Source: Caecitellus pseudoparvulus (lineage: Eukaryota > Protista > Bigyra: Bicosoecida). From it: a stretch of DNA of 64,000 nucleotides. The stretch covers positions 124,001 through 188,000 of the forward strand of contig CBFFRQ010000080.1 of NCBI GenBank assembly GCA_965644315.1. The letters run 5' to 3'. Of the stretch, positions 21,101 through 34,303 are shown one piece after another (the stretch's first letter is position 1; each line of letters starts with the position of its first letter). The position numbers and the translations under genes are program-made. Under the pieces are notes generated by a model, which did no database searches, was not told where the DNA came from, and saw only the letters and a program-made list of their open reading frames with translations.

Positions 21101-24100
21101 GAGCAGCGGATCGCAAACGAAGGGGCCCCAGGGACTGCGCCTGCCTGGTAAGCCTCCACGAAGGCAGCATTCTGCTCCTTAATTTCCGCCTCACCCCACT
21201 CTGTGACGGGAGGCAGAGCAGAAACCGTTTTGCCGTCGTCGGCACAGCGCGCTGTTTGTTTGCTCGACCGCGCTACTGAAGGGCTAACCAGTAGAAGCGC
21301 AGGAGGACCATCCAATGGGCGGCCCGCAGCATGTGAAGGGCTGGAATCATCTTTGGTGGAGGAAGCACTGGCCAGCTTGGCCGCTCTTTGGTGGGCAGCT
21401 GCTACGGAGTCTGGGCTGGTTAGTCGCACAAACAGTGCTGCATCAGCGGAAACCCCCACACCTGCTTGCTGCAGCAGGGTGTTCACAGACTCTTCGTCCA
21501 TGGACTCAACAGTTGCTTGCGTGCTCTGGCTCGCGTCAGGAAGCGCGGTAGTCCTGCTCTGAACGAGCACCCCGATGTCCGTGTCAGGTGGGGCTCGAAC
21601 GGCGTCGCGCAGCGCCCGGTCCAATTGCGCAGCTGACGTCATGTTCTTGACAATGCTCTCCCTGTCCATTTCGGCAGATGCCGGCTGCCTTGCCTGCACC
21701 GGCAAGGGGGATTCTGGGGCATCGCCTGGGGTCTCCAGCACGTGTGCCACTTTCAGCAGGTCCTGTGTTCGACCATGTACAGCCTCCTTGGCTTCGTCTT
21801 CTGGAACAAACGCACCTTGGCCATTGGGCCCCGTGCCATGAGCCACCAACGAAGCTATATCGAGTGTTGCCACTCCTCCTGAGACTACCTGTGATCGCAG
21901 CTGCAGAGCAGGATGCAGCAACGCCTGCCCGTTCTCGGCCAGTTTCCTTGCCATCCGTCGCCCAGCCTCCCCAACAATGACAGCTCCTCCATGGCATGCT
22001 GGCAGCAACGAGCCGATGCGTTCCAGGCCCTGGCAGGATACTTGGCCATCCTCACGAAGGGCTGCATCACAGGCAACGTGGGCCGCCAGCCACCTGTGTG
22101 CAGAGCTCCCTCCAGCAGCCTGCTTCAGCGCACTCCGGCGGGTTTGCTGCCCAGTGCGCACGGCATTGGCAAGACCGACATATACAGCATTTGGGACTGT
22201 GCCTTGGCCCCTCAGACACAAGGAAGTGAGCAACGAGTCAGCCCCGGCCCCAGTGCCTCCCAACAATTCATCTACAGTTGGCACCAACGGCGGTAGTCGC
22301 TCCAAGGCTGACGCCCCTTCTTCACACTCTCGCTGGTAGGCACAAGTCGGGTGCCCAACCTGCTGCCAAGACTCGTCTGGACCTTGCTCCAGTGAAGCCC
22401 GGCCTGTTGGCTTGGCTGCTGATGCTGTCGCAGACACTCGCACAGCACCTTCAGCCATCACACGCCGCCATACAGCTTGCCTGCGCCCCGCCAATGCATA
22501 AGAAGGGAGCTCTGCCGAAAGCGGTCCAAGTCTGAGCCCAATCTTCTCCAACCAAAGGCCAAGCGCTCGGCGGTATGCCACGGCGGCCGCACGGGCGTGC
22601 CATCGGCCCTCCCAAGCTGTTGGTTCAGACCCAGCGACCACAAGAAGGCCTTGGCCAGAGCTGGTCAGACTCAAGCCTCGAATGCACACTGGCCGTCCGC
22701 GTTGGGTAACGCATACTCGCCGTACAAACGAAAGGGCAGGCGAACTGCGAGACCGCCATAGGTGCAGAGCCACCTGCCATTGATCCTTGCTGGAAGGCTC
22801 GGATGCCGAAACGTCTTCTTCGTCACTGAAAGTACCGTCCGGCTCTGCAAAGTACGCTCTCGCTGACGGGGGGGCTATGCCTGCGGCTGGCGCACTCATG
22901 GTGCTCTCTCGGTGTGCTGCCTGGCGCATGCGTTCCACGACTCCCAAGGTTGCAGGGCTGCAAGCTGCCGCACCGTCAGCGTGGGCGCCAGTGGAAAAGA
23001 TGAACACATCTCCACACTCTCCGCCAACCGCGATTCCGCTCGGCCAAGCTGCCACAGACAGGAGGAGTGGCCCCTCCGCAGGGACTTCCCATACGTCCTG
23101 CTTCGCTGACACACCATCTCCGCCAAGAACAGACAGAGCCCGCGCCTGCACAGTGACATGACTGCCAAGTCCCTTGGACTGGGCCTGCTTCAAAATGTTG
23201 CGCTGGCCCTTGGATGTGGTCTCCCACCCAGGGCGAAACTCCTGTACCAAGGCCAGACACCCACCCACGTGGGCGAGGTGGCACACGCGACCGCGGGACG
23301 TGACGATGATGAGCCCCCCCTCACCGAAAGAGCAATGACAAGTCACAACTTCCTGGCAGGCGCGGCGCAACCATGGTCCGCGAATTCCGACAGCAGCGAG
23401 CACCAGAGGTCTGCCTGGAGAGGGTGCGCCCCACACCCCAAACACGGTGGACCCTGCACTCGATGAAGGGGAGATGAACCTCTCCCTAGAGACACGCTTA
23501 GGAGACAAGGCAGCATGTGATAGGTACCCACTTGCCGCGAGAAGAAACTGTGCATGGGACTGCCCAGGGCGTGAAGGCAGGCGCTCCACACTGAGGCGGC
23601 GCACGGCAACGTGTTTAGCGTCGGACCCAACAGTGAGGTGGTCATACGATGAAGCACCAATGAATCGAACTTGCAATTGCTCCATGGAATCCTGCCGAGC
23701 ACTGGGTAGCTCCCATACCAAAATGAAGCGCTGAGCTGGGAATGTCGCGTCCGCAAGCAAGGATCCCAGCGTGACTCGCTTGTTCACTTGACCCTGCCTG
23801 TGCTGCGCACTCCCCCAAACCGAAGCCCCCAGGCCATGTGTGCGTGTGGACACCGCTACGGCAAGGAGGAGCCCATCAGAAGACAGCCCCACTGCAGTCA
23901 CAGTCGAGGGCATGTCTGGCAGTGGGCAGAAGGTCACCAGCTTTCGAACAGGTCCAATGCCCCCCAGCTCCCACAAGCTGACATGGCTCTGCGCCGCTTG
24001 CGTGCTCGTATGCTGTGACAAGTGCACGGGCTCCAGCGTAGTTTCAGCTGTTGCAAGGAGGTGGTGCCCCGGCCCGCCCAGGGCAAACCCTGCTACACCA

Positions 24101-24345
24101 GTGACATGCTCAGCACATGGGAGGAAGATATCTGCGCCCTGCCTGTCTCTCAGCACGATGCGGCTGCCTGCTGCAAAGACAGAGCGGCCTCGCACATCCA
24201 TTCCAGTTGCATGGGCAAGTTCACTCTGGGTCGGGCAAGCGGGGTATGGCTGTCAAGGTGCGAGTCGGCTGAGAGTCGCAGCGACACCAACGTTGAGGCC
24301 GTTCACGAGCCACGGTATAGCCCTGCATGGCGCTGCAGCTTTCAT
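15151..24345 (-). CDS. CFAP57: CFAP57/WDR65-like WD40 + coiled-coil ciliary protein, greatly expanded (>3000 aa)
   Basis: WD-like blades (VTVSRDDATVRIWN, IAWHPGG, GHSGCITSLQW, LVSAGADGCVFV). C-terminal signatures LRGQLEPRE and QRGQLQRSVDTLRR..DNAKLLSLVADLR. A short upstream exon from ATG ~24345 is likely; the main ORF is 15151-24201. Confidence 0.75.
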
Positions 24346-24635
24346 GTTCCTTCCAAATCACGATCAAACGCCCCATGCAGAAGCAGAATCGGTGTCCCTG
24401 GTTCCGGCTTGCAAGGAACTATGAAGGGAGCTCAAACATCCAATCAAGGTAGCAAGGGAGGCGCAAGCCCCAAGCAATGCAAACCTCAAGAGGTGCAAAG
24501 AGCCCGCAATCCTCGCGCAAAGCCAAACCATGCAAGCATACAATTCGCCCCGGGGGAACGCTGAGGCTTGGTAGACGGCCGTAATTGTTGATATTGTTGG
24601 GCTGGGACGAATCCGTGTCGCACGACACAGCTGCG

Positions 24636-25768
24636 ATGAGCTCGCTACTCGGTGGCCCAGCCAGCCTTTCGCCGATCATGCTTGCACCTCCAGCCCTGGC
24701 AATTGTCCCACCATTACTCTCTTCAAGTTTCACGATTCGAAACATGACTGAGGCGGATGTAGTCGCTGCCGTTTCATGTGCAGAGGATGGCGTTTCGCTC
24801 TCCTGCGCTCCAGCGTATTCCAGCCTTTTCGCAGAAGGTCTTCGATCTCCCCGCCGAGGCAGCCTGCTTTCCCGTCTCATTTCTAATTATGTACGATTTT
24901 CACAGGGTTGACTTTGAGGGGCAACTTGTGTATTGAAGTACTTGTGCATGTAGGTGTTGCTGGCGTTGTAGGCGAAACGCGTGGTTCGTATTCGACCGCC
25001 TCCATCGCCCCTACAGGCACAAAAACTCCCTGAGAACAAGCCAAAACAATATGTATGTGATTCTTTGTGTAAGTGACTCTGGATCAATGCGTTCACACTT
25101 CGCCCTTGTCCCTGCAGACCATCACCGTCACTTGCCAAGACCATCAGCATCACGTTCCCGTTCGTGTGCACCCAAGCACTGCGCCAGTGAAGCGGCATTC
25201 CCCTGTGAGCACCGTGCCTGATACCACAAGCCCTGCAAGCATTGAGAGGCGCCCGAAAACACCGGAGAGGCACGAGCAGCAGGCTGCAGTGGCGAGGCCA
25301 CTGCCTCCTCGGCCCTCGGCAACCTTCGTGCCCACTGCAGCCCAATCTGCCGACCTCATCACCGCCCTACGGCAAAAAATGCGCAGCAGCATAATCTGTC
25401 CCGGTGATCGCGACTCTCGAGTTTCCCCTGTGGGGCACAAACGGCCCCCGACCAGCGGCAGCGCTCTCGCGGCTGCAGAACCTCCATCTCTGGCTGGGAG
25501 GCCCCTGTCTTCCATGGGAAACCGCCCAGCCGACACGGTGAGTCTTGATGACTGGCAAAAGCTGCAAGAGGTGATCTTGCACGCTGCGCCAGCAGCGGTT
25601 GAGGTAGGACTGCAGCCTGAGCAGGCTCCTGGAAGGCTACCAGCAGTAGCGCTCGAAGAAGCATACGCTGGGGCTGGCCGCGATGACATGCTGATGCCAG
25701 CCCCACAGCACACAGGCCCTGCAGCAGACATGGGTCTGGAGTTGAGCTATGGTGAGCCGGAACTCTGA
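24636..25768 (+). CDS. Hypothetical multi-exon protein: N-terminal MSP/ASH-like Ig-fold candidate plus Pro-rich tail
   Basis: SSFTIRNMTEADVVAAVSC (24585 ORF), a short exon between a CTACAG acceptor and a GTATGT donor (~25017-25052), then a CCTGCAG acceptor into the 25073-25768 ORF (TITVTCQD). Exact 5' structure uncertain. Confidence 0.45.
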
Positions 25769-25780
25769 AGTACCATGCAT

Positions 25781-28700
25781 TTACACTCTCTCTTGCGAAC
25801 TTCTGCTGCCCTTGGCTCCCACCTGGAAGGCTTTAACAACTGTCTGAAACACAGCCTCCAAGTCCACTTGTCCCACAGCCCAGTCCGTGATGCCGTGCTG
25901 GGCACACTCTGACTCCATAAGCCCAAAGATTGTCCAGATTTCGCTGCCAGCGTGATCAGTGGGCATGAAAAACGAAGCGAAGCCTTTGAACTGGTTCTCG
26001 ACTTCGGCGCCTGGAAATCGGGCCAAAACCCAGCCTACTGCGCGCCCACTGCTGCCAGAGGGGAAATTGATGGAGAGCGATGCCCCCCCACCATACTTTG
26101 CCCGAAGCGCTGTCTGAGTGTCAAGCACTCTCAAGCGGCCATGAGTTAGTATGCCAATTCGATTGCACAGCAGTTCAACCTCGTCCATTGCATGTGACGT
26201 CAGCACAATGCCTCGCCCCGTGCCTTGTGACTTGGCAGCTGCAATAACGCGCCACAGCTGGCGTCTTGAGGCTGGATCAAGGCCTGCTGTTGGCTCGTCA
26301 AGTAACACCAGCTTGCACCCAGCCGTGTCAATCATGCTGATGGCAACGCTAAGGCGCCGCTGCATCCCCCCGGACAGACTGGATGCAGCTCGGTGCCGCA
26401 CATCGTAGAGTCCGACAGACTTCGCCGCCGCCAAGACATGCTGCTCTTCCATGTTTGCCGGCACGCCCTTTAACCTGGCAAAGAAAAGCAAGTGCTCCTG
26501 GACAGACAAGTCCTCCCACAGCACACTGTGCTGAGGGCAGACTCCCATGACAGCGTGCACCGCTGAGACGTCTGTGTGGACCGAGTGTCCACACACAAGA
26601 GCGTCACCGCTGGTGGGAGGAAACAGTGCGCGGATCACGTTCAGCAACGTGCTCTTGCCAGCACCATTCTCCCCGAGAAGCCCAAAGGTCTGACCGGCGG
26701 GAACGTGCAAGGTCATGTCAGACACGGCCACATGCTCTCCATACTGCTTTCGGACGTGGTGGAGGACCAGTGGGTGAGACACAGCACGATGTTGGCTTTC
26801 TACAACTGCCCGTTCCGCTGTGACTGTCACGTCTTCCCCACAAGCATACGCGAGGGCTCCCCGCGCATCTGGCATGACGGTTGATCCTGCGACGTCCACG
26901 GCCTGTGCTGCACGCCTGCGGTCACTTTCACAAGCGTCACCTGGGTGGGCAAAGAGACTTGGGAACTTGAGGCTTGTAAAGGGCGCGTACGAGACTGTGT
27001 TTGTGCCTTCTGGGGTGGCGCGCAAGCCCGCTGCATCCATGTGCTGCATCGCTTTCTCACGCAGCGCTCGTCTTGTCTGCTCAGCGATGGTGCCAGGGTG
27101 CTCTGACGTACTCCTTCGAGAACGCGAAGCACTGCTTAGGCGCCTGCAGGAGCGACTGGAGCTGCGGCGGCGTGCAAAGCCAGTAATCTCGCCATCTGCC
27201 AGCAGCGGCACTTGGAGATCTGCAGCTGCAGGCGGCTGCTTTCGGGGCGCATCGCAGGAGCACGCGCATGCTCGACAGCAAGAGCAACATGCGGCTGACA
27301 CGCCTCGCTGTACGAAGTGCGGGCAGCAGAACAGGGGGTGGGAAGGGACGCCATATTGCTTCGGGAGCACAGCCTCCAACCACAGAGCAGCCAGCATGTA
27401 GATCGCGGCGCACACGTACAAGGACGTGATCGCAACAGGCAGCTCCGATGTGGAAAAATCCAAGGACGCTGCAAAGTCAGTAAGGCACGCTTTCTTGAAA
27501 ATGCAGGCAAAATTCATGAGGTACACGGCACGAGTGAGTCCCATGAGTGGAAAAGCATACAGCCACATAGGCATCACGCCTCCAGATGAAAACGGCGGAA
27601 CATTTCCATAGATTCCAATGGCTAGAACCTCTGCGATCAGGCTGCCAAAGAGGGCAATGACGTAGCCCAGGATGGTGGCCACCCTGCGAGAGCTTAGGAA
27701 GGACGCAATGAAGAAGCCCAACGATACGAGCGCCAGTCCCCAACCCACGAACAGCAGGGCCAGCAAACCAATATTCGTGTCGATGAAAAAGCCAAACCCC
27801 AGAGCAGCACCTGTTCCCCAGAAGAAGGCAACGAGCGTGAAGTACAGGAGGAGATTCAGCGAGTAGGTTGCAGCAACGTACTGGCCCCCGTGCATCCCCA
27901 TGCTCTTCTGCAGCTCCAACAGCCGCTCTTCCTTCTCCAATGTCAAGACATACACGCCGATAGGAAGCTGAAGAGTCAGTGCGATGGGGTACAAGAATGA
28001 GCCGAAAACCTGCACAATCACTAAAATCGAGGTCGTTGACACTGCCGGCAGCGTGCCCAGCCCCTTCACGAAAAGGTACGGACCGATGAGCGCCTGCACA
28101 GCGGGGTCAACGTACGGCAAGGACGTAGATAGCGCGGACGCAGCCTCCTCCGAGAATGCCCGAAAAACGAATTCTACGGTGCTCAACCGGGCAAGCTCAA
28201 CGTTCAGCTCCCGCTCGCGGACCCACTTGGGTGCGCCGGGCAGGCCAAGTCGGGTGAAGTTATTCGCCCTGTGGTACTCTGTATGCGTGGCATCGTTCAC
28301 AGAAATGGTGAAGTGCAGCCCCAGCGAGGCGGCGGATTCTGTTGGTGCTGCTCGAATTAGGTCAAAGTGGATGGCTCCATCTGGCAGCAGATATGCTGGA
28401 CACTGAGTAAGCTCATCGTCGCAAGGCGGCATGTACTGCAGCTCCTGGATGCCAACATGGTTGAATGCTTCAAGCAATTCATAGAGGGTTGTTTGAACGT
28501 CAAGAATGCCAGATCGGGGTTGAAAGTAAGGAGTCTCAACGGTGCTTCCATTGCGCAGCGTGCAGGCACTTTGAGGGACTCTACCGAGCAGGCCGCGTCC
28601 AGCCCCAGAGGCATTCAGCGCACCAACTGCACCCCACTGCTCCTTCCCAGCAGTAACAAAAAAGAACTCTAGGCAATCACTGCCATTTCTGGCCAATACT

Positions 28701-31700
28701 GGGGCGGCAGGCTGGGCTGCAGCACGATGGTGCGCCTGCCCTCCACGCGCCCCCCAGAGCCTGACGGTCTGCTGTCGGCCTTGCCACGAATGATAAATCT
28801 CTGGTGAAGCGGCGTCAAAGGTGTCATGGTGCTGCCAATCGAACAAAGCTGATGTGATCCTTGAGCCGGCGCGATCTGGCCTGTATCGGAGTGGACTTTG
28901 GTTCCAGTTGAGCGGCGCCACAAGAGCTGGCACGAGAGCAGTGGATGAAGATCCAATTTCGTACTTGATTACCTCTTGAATAATGAGAAGGAGGCCCATC
29001 ACTGCCAAGGGCGACAAGACTTGGCAAGCACACTGCCCACGTTGCCGAAGCAGCAGTGTCGCATTCTTGAAGAAGAGGCCACGAAAGCCAGCGCTGCTGC
29101 AGAAGCCTGGAGTGACCCGTTCCCCTCCTTCAGGTGCTGAAGAACCCTGCACCTCGGCAAGACTACTCGGATTGATGCTTGAGCTGGTTGTTGCTGATGG
29201 CATGCCGGCGCTGAGGGACACTTGGGTGGCTGCTTCGAACGCCTGCTCGGCACGTTGCACAAGCTCAGCACCTTCCGTCTGTTCTTCATCAGATGTGGGG
29301 AGAGAAGCTGCACCATTCTCGAGCGCGAAGATTTCATCTGCTCGACCATCCACTGCAAGGAAGACTTCTTGAAGTGTGGCCCGACTCACAGCCCACTCTG
29401 CCACAACTCCTTGCACTGGTGGCATGTTGACGGTTCCTTCGCTACACTTCCAAGGTTGCGCTGGGAGAGGCCAATCTTGTCCATGTCGACTTCCCGCATC
29501 CATTGCTAGCCACTCGAGCAGCAAAGCCAAGTTCGACGGTTCGCCTTGAGGTGGGTCGCCAATGGCTAAAGTCACGCTGCCAGCGTCATAGTTGACAGGG
29601 GTGATTGGCGTGTCGGGAAGGAGTTCACGCGCTGCTTGCAGCACAATAACCAACGACGCAAGGGGGTTCGCAGCTGCTGATGATATCTCCACGTCATCAG
29701 GGGGCAAAAAGTGCCGTGGCAATGGCGCAAGCACAAGGGAAATACGGTATCCACCTCCATGTTCGTGCTTGAGAGCCAAAGGCGTGCCAAGTGCATGCAG
29801 TCTTCCATGCCCCATGATTGCCACACGGTCAGCACATGTGTCGATTTCCTGCATGGAATGCGACGTTAGCAAGATGCTTCGCCCGGCCTTGAGGCGCTGC
29901 AGCAAGTTCCACAGAGCCCGCTGGTTCACTGCGTCCAATCCCGCTGCAGGCTCGTCACACACGAGGAGAAGTGGGTCGCCAATGGCAGCAATCGCCACAC
30001 TGAGTCGCCGCCGCATTCCGCCTGACAGGGCTGCAGCTGGGCGGTCGCCTGCGCCCGCCAAATCTACGAGGTCGAGCAGCCGCCCAGCTTCAACCTTCGC
30101 CGCCCTGGCCCCGCCTTGCAGGCCCTTGATGCGTGCAAATAGCACCAAGTGCTCAAATGCCGTCAAATCAGGCCAGAGAATGTCGTGCTGTGGGCAAACT
30201 CCAAGGAAACGCTGGGCTTGAGACAGCGCCGCACCAGACCCAACATCGAACCCCAGCACTTCAGCGACTCCCCCAGTGGCGCCGAAGAGCCCAGTAAGAA
30301 TATGAATGGTGGTGCTCTTGCCTGCACCGTTGTGCCCGGCAAGGCCCAATATTTCATCCTTTTGGAGAGTGAAAGATACCCCGTCGACTGCCACCACTTC
30401 GGTGTCACCATCATGACCTCGCATGGACGCTGGTGAGCAGCCAGTGCTCTTTGCAAGGGCGCGCGGAGAACAGCAACCAGCAGTTGAGTACACCTTCCGC
30501 AGTCCGTGTACTCTTGCAATGATGCCAGTGAGAGAGCCAGAGGTGCCCTCTGACCCAGGGGATGCCCATCGCACCTGCTGGGACACTGTGTGCTCAGCAA
30601 TCACGCCTGCGGGGGATGCGGTAAGAGTCGCTTGGGGTGCACCACTCGCTGCAGAACCAGTGGCTTGAGGGAGCTTTCCAGTGTTCGTAGTCCGCCTGCA
30701 TCCCAAAAAGAAACATGGATGTGCCGCTGTCCCTTGGTCCCCCTCGACAACAGCGTCCAGGTAAAGCGCCAAGGTCGCGAAGATGGCGGTGTTCGCGGCC
30801 AAGTACAGCACTGCCTGAAAGGGGGGCGGCACGGTGATGTCATTGCCAAAGAAACGCAAGGATCTGGACCGACTCATGTCCTCCCAGTGAAACCCTGGCC
30901 CATGAATGACTTCTCCTGCAAAGGGGGGAGCAAACACGTGTCGCACGTTCGGTGGGCAATGTTGGCTCAGACATCTTTCTCATACCCTCGTAAAAGTTGT
31001 ACTCCGCAGAGGACTTTGACGCAATATCGTAGAAAACGATCGCCATGTTAAAGGGGGGGTACAGGGTCAGCACCCATCGAAGCCCCTGCGCGATGAAGGA
31101 GCGCATGTCAACGTGCAGGTGAGGGCGGGTCGCTGGTGCTGTGCAGGCAGGCTTACCTTGACCCACGCGGCCACAAAATCAGCAAAAAGAATGTCCACCA
31201 GCGCGGCATACCCCGAGTCCATGATGATCTGAAAAACAAAGCCAATGAGAATGATACTGTAGCCAATGGTTTGTGCCGAGCGTGTCCGAGTTACACAAGT
31301 GGAGATGAGCGCAGCCAGCGCAGACATGGCCAGTCCAAACAAAAAGTACAACATGATGGGCACAGCCCATGCAGTGTTCGTGAAGAAATCAAAACCAGCC
31401 AAGTGTCCAGCCCCAGAGAGAATGCAACTTGTGAGAAGGTTGAACACCGTGGCATACCACGCCCACCCGCACCAAAAGGCACTTGTACTGAGCCCCATCA
31501 TCCGCATGCCAAGCCGCAGCCTGGCAGCCTTCTCTTCCACGAGCTCTGTCAAGACGAGGTAGAACGTGATCATGGGCACGACGTAGAACCAGTTCCCGCC
31601 TTGCTGCGCTACAACGTCAAACCCAGAAATGCGGGGCTTGGGTTTGGGGAACGGACGCGACGAGATGCCCAAGTCCAGTTCAGTAGCTGGCATACCTGCC

Positions 31701-32580
31701 TCCTCCAGGGCCAGCCTTAATCCTGCCCAGTCCATCGCAGCCTTCAGTTCTAAGGCATGGTCGTCGTCGAAAAACGGGTATCGTGTAATTGTTTCGTTGC
31801 GGTAAACGACGTACGCCTGCGTGCTGTTTACAAAGCCTGATGCTTCCCGACCGAGCAGGTAAGGAGCAATGAAGTGCACAGCAAGTTGTGTGACATTGGG
31901 ATGCTCCAATACGAAGTTTGTGAGCGTGGAGTTGTCAAGGTGCCAGTCACAAGGGATGCAGGTTGCGTCCGGCGCTGAACCGCACTCCCCGGCGACACAC
32001 GTGTCAGGGCCAGACAGAGTGCGGTTCGCCCACTGACTGGGCAGCAATGTGCCGTTTGACAGGCCTGGAACCGGGACAAAGTGTCCGCTTGCGTCCAAGC
32101 CGCTGTCTTGCGCAACTCTCTGGAGCAGTCGTCGAACCCCAGGCGTGTCTGGCGCATACGCCAGAGTGATGCAGCGCAAGGACCTTTGCCCCCCACCAAG
32201 GGTCGTGAATGCAAGCTCTGGCATGCCTGGACCGGCATGGCACGGCTGCAGTGGGCCAATGCTTTCGGCGCTTGGGTATTCATCTGCAGGGTGGAGGCAC
32301 GGTTCGGCACGGCTGCGAGCATGAGCAGCGAATTCCGCAACCTTGCGGCACACTCACTGTGCCGAGCAAGTACAACATCTGCAGCAGCTTGCAGTCCGAT
32401 GAGGCCAAGAACCACCAAAATGGGGGTGATAAGCTGCCCGAGTGTCCCGCGCCACTGCCGAGTTGCTGCCAAGGAGTGCTTCCAAAGCAAAACTTGCAGC
32501 TGGGTGCACCACGTCGAGCCGACAAGCTTTGGGCCAGGCAGCGATGCTGTGGCAGGTGAGGGCTCTGCACCACCATCCAT
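25781..32580 (-). CDS. Full-length ABCA-family transporter (TMD-NBD-TMD-NBD), multi-exon
   Basis: QLQVLLWKH N-terminal motif; Walker A GHNGAGKST and GENGAGKST; signatures LSGGMRRRL/LSGGMQRRL; DEPAAGLD/DEPTAGLD; GVCPQHDILW. Introns near 32357, at 31156-31086 and near 30985. Confidence 0.95.
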
Positions 32581-32765
32581 TAGAAGAACACTGGGGGGAC
32601 AGATGGCTTGCCCGTTCCGCACGCACAGTCACGCAGTGCAATCCTCTGACGGGGCAGCCAACACGGGCCAGACGTGGCGAGCCAAGCGGTCCGGGTGATC
32701 CTCCTGCACGGATCTCGCTGCTCATAGAATATAGCTGCCAGGCAACGCAGTGAGCCTCGGCTGCA

Positions 32766-34050
32766 TTACAGTTCAGATTTGGGGCGTGACCGCCGTTTCC
32801 TTGGACGGAACTTACTGCTGTGCCCCGTGTCCTCAAAGGGGGCTCGTTGGCCTTTCGACTTCCGAGCAGCAAAGCCAGCTCTCCTGCCTTCTGCCTCCTC
32901 ATCAGCCTGGGCCTGTGCTTTCCTACTCTGCCCAAGGGAGAGAGCCAGTGCCTCGTAGGCTTCCTTGATGTCCATGAACTTTTGCGCTGCTGCTGCCTTC
33001 TCCTCCTCGCTGCCGCGCACCTTGTCGGGATGGTACTTTCGTGCCATGCGCTTGTACTGTGCCTTGACGTCGTCCCAGGAGGCACCAGGCTCCAACTCCA
33101 GGGTGCGGAAGTGCTTGTCATCGTTGCTCATGACCCGCTCTGAAAGCTCAGAGGCAAAGTCCCACCAGGTCTGGTTGTTCGCGCCCAGGTGAGCGTTGAT
33201 TTCCCCAATCAAGTTCTTCCACTCAGACCAATGCTCACGCACGTATTCCCCGACCTTCACCTTCGTTGGGGGGTCACCAACGTTAATGGTGCCATGTTGC
33301 AGCAAGACAACTGCCAGGAAGGTCCAGAACGCCAGGGAGAAGGCGGTGAGCATCGTGAAGCGGCTGCAGCAGCTGCGCCGTCCGCAGGCGCTCTCACGTG
33401 GGAGCGCCCGATGAGCCTGCCCCTCTGGCCAAGAAGCGCCCACGACAGCCCCTGCAACAGGAGCAAGAACATAGTAGCCGGGCACAAACATCGACAGTGC
33501 CATGCCCGCGAGCGCCCCAACAACAGTCAAGGGGAGCGAAGCACTCTGCGTGCCGATGTTGGCCACGAGGAAAGCCCCCAGTGCGGCCGCCAATGTTGTG
33601 ATGAGCTGCGTATCCCATGAGTGCTGGTGCAAGTCCAGCGCGCTCATACTTCCGATCCAACCAAAGAAGAGACTGACAGCAATCGTCAACCCGACGCGCT
33701 CGAAAGACGCAGGTGGGTGTGCCGTGCACAGCTGCCTGTTGCGGATAGCATCAGCTGCAAGAAGCGAGGAGAGGCTGCACACCACAGCAAGCCCAAGCCC
33801 CAAGCTAGCGTCTGCACGCACCTTCCTCTCCGCTGCTCTCCCTCACGTATCTGGGGATGAACAACAGGTCTCGAAGCAGCCCAACGCCAAAGCCGCCGAG
33901 GGTGCAAGTCCACACCATTGCCTGGAACTGCCGCCCCAAAAAGGCATGGTGCCAACCCAATGCCCCTCCAATGATCAATAGAAAGTAGGCAATAAAGTTC
34001 GTGCCCCAGTCGCACTTGCTGGACGAGCTAGCACCAGATTGCGTTGCCAT
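32766..34050 (-). CDS. DNAJC22: DNAJC22/Wurst-like multipass membrane co-chaperone (TM2 domain + C-terminal J domain)
   Basis: TM2-like AYFLLIIGGALGWHHAFLGR..TLGGFGVG; GTGCGT donor at ~33821; J domain with HPD (YKRMARKYHPDKV); ends KSEL. Confidence 0.85.
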
Positions 34051-34303
34051 GCTCTGCTGCACGTCTGGCCCAATTTCCGCTCTGCACAAGCGCTGACAAT
34101 CACCCACCGCTGACGATCGCGGCAGCGGGGTACGGTGGAGTGAGAGCTGGTGGAGTGTTGCTGGGCAGATCTTTTTTGATGCGCAGGTCGGACTGCCCAG
34201 GCTTTCCACTCCAGCATTCCGTGTGGTGGCAAATTCCAAGGCTTTTTCGTCTGTCACCGAGGAGGTGAAAGAATGCCCCTCGTGTCGGAGTCATGAAGGT
34301 ACA

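Noticed and set aside
24419-24880. 153-aa minus ORF as exon 1 of the CFAP57-like gene
   Set aside because: It overlaps the likely plus-strand gene starting at ~24636, and a closer ATG at ~24345 fits better. Not fully excluded.
24970-25005. GGTTCG-containing stretch resembling a tRNA T-arm
   Set aside because: No cloverleaf or A-box can be built, and it lies in a probable intron.
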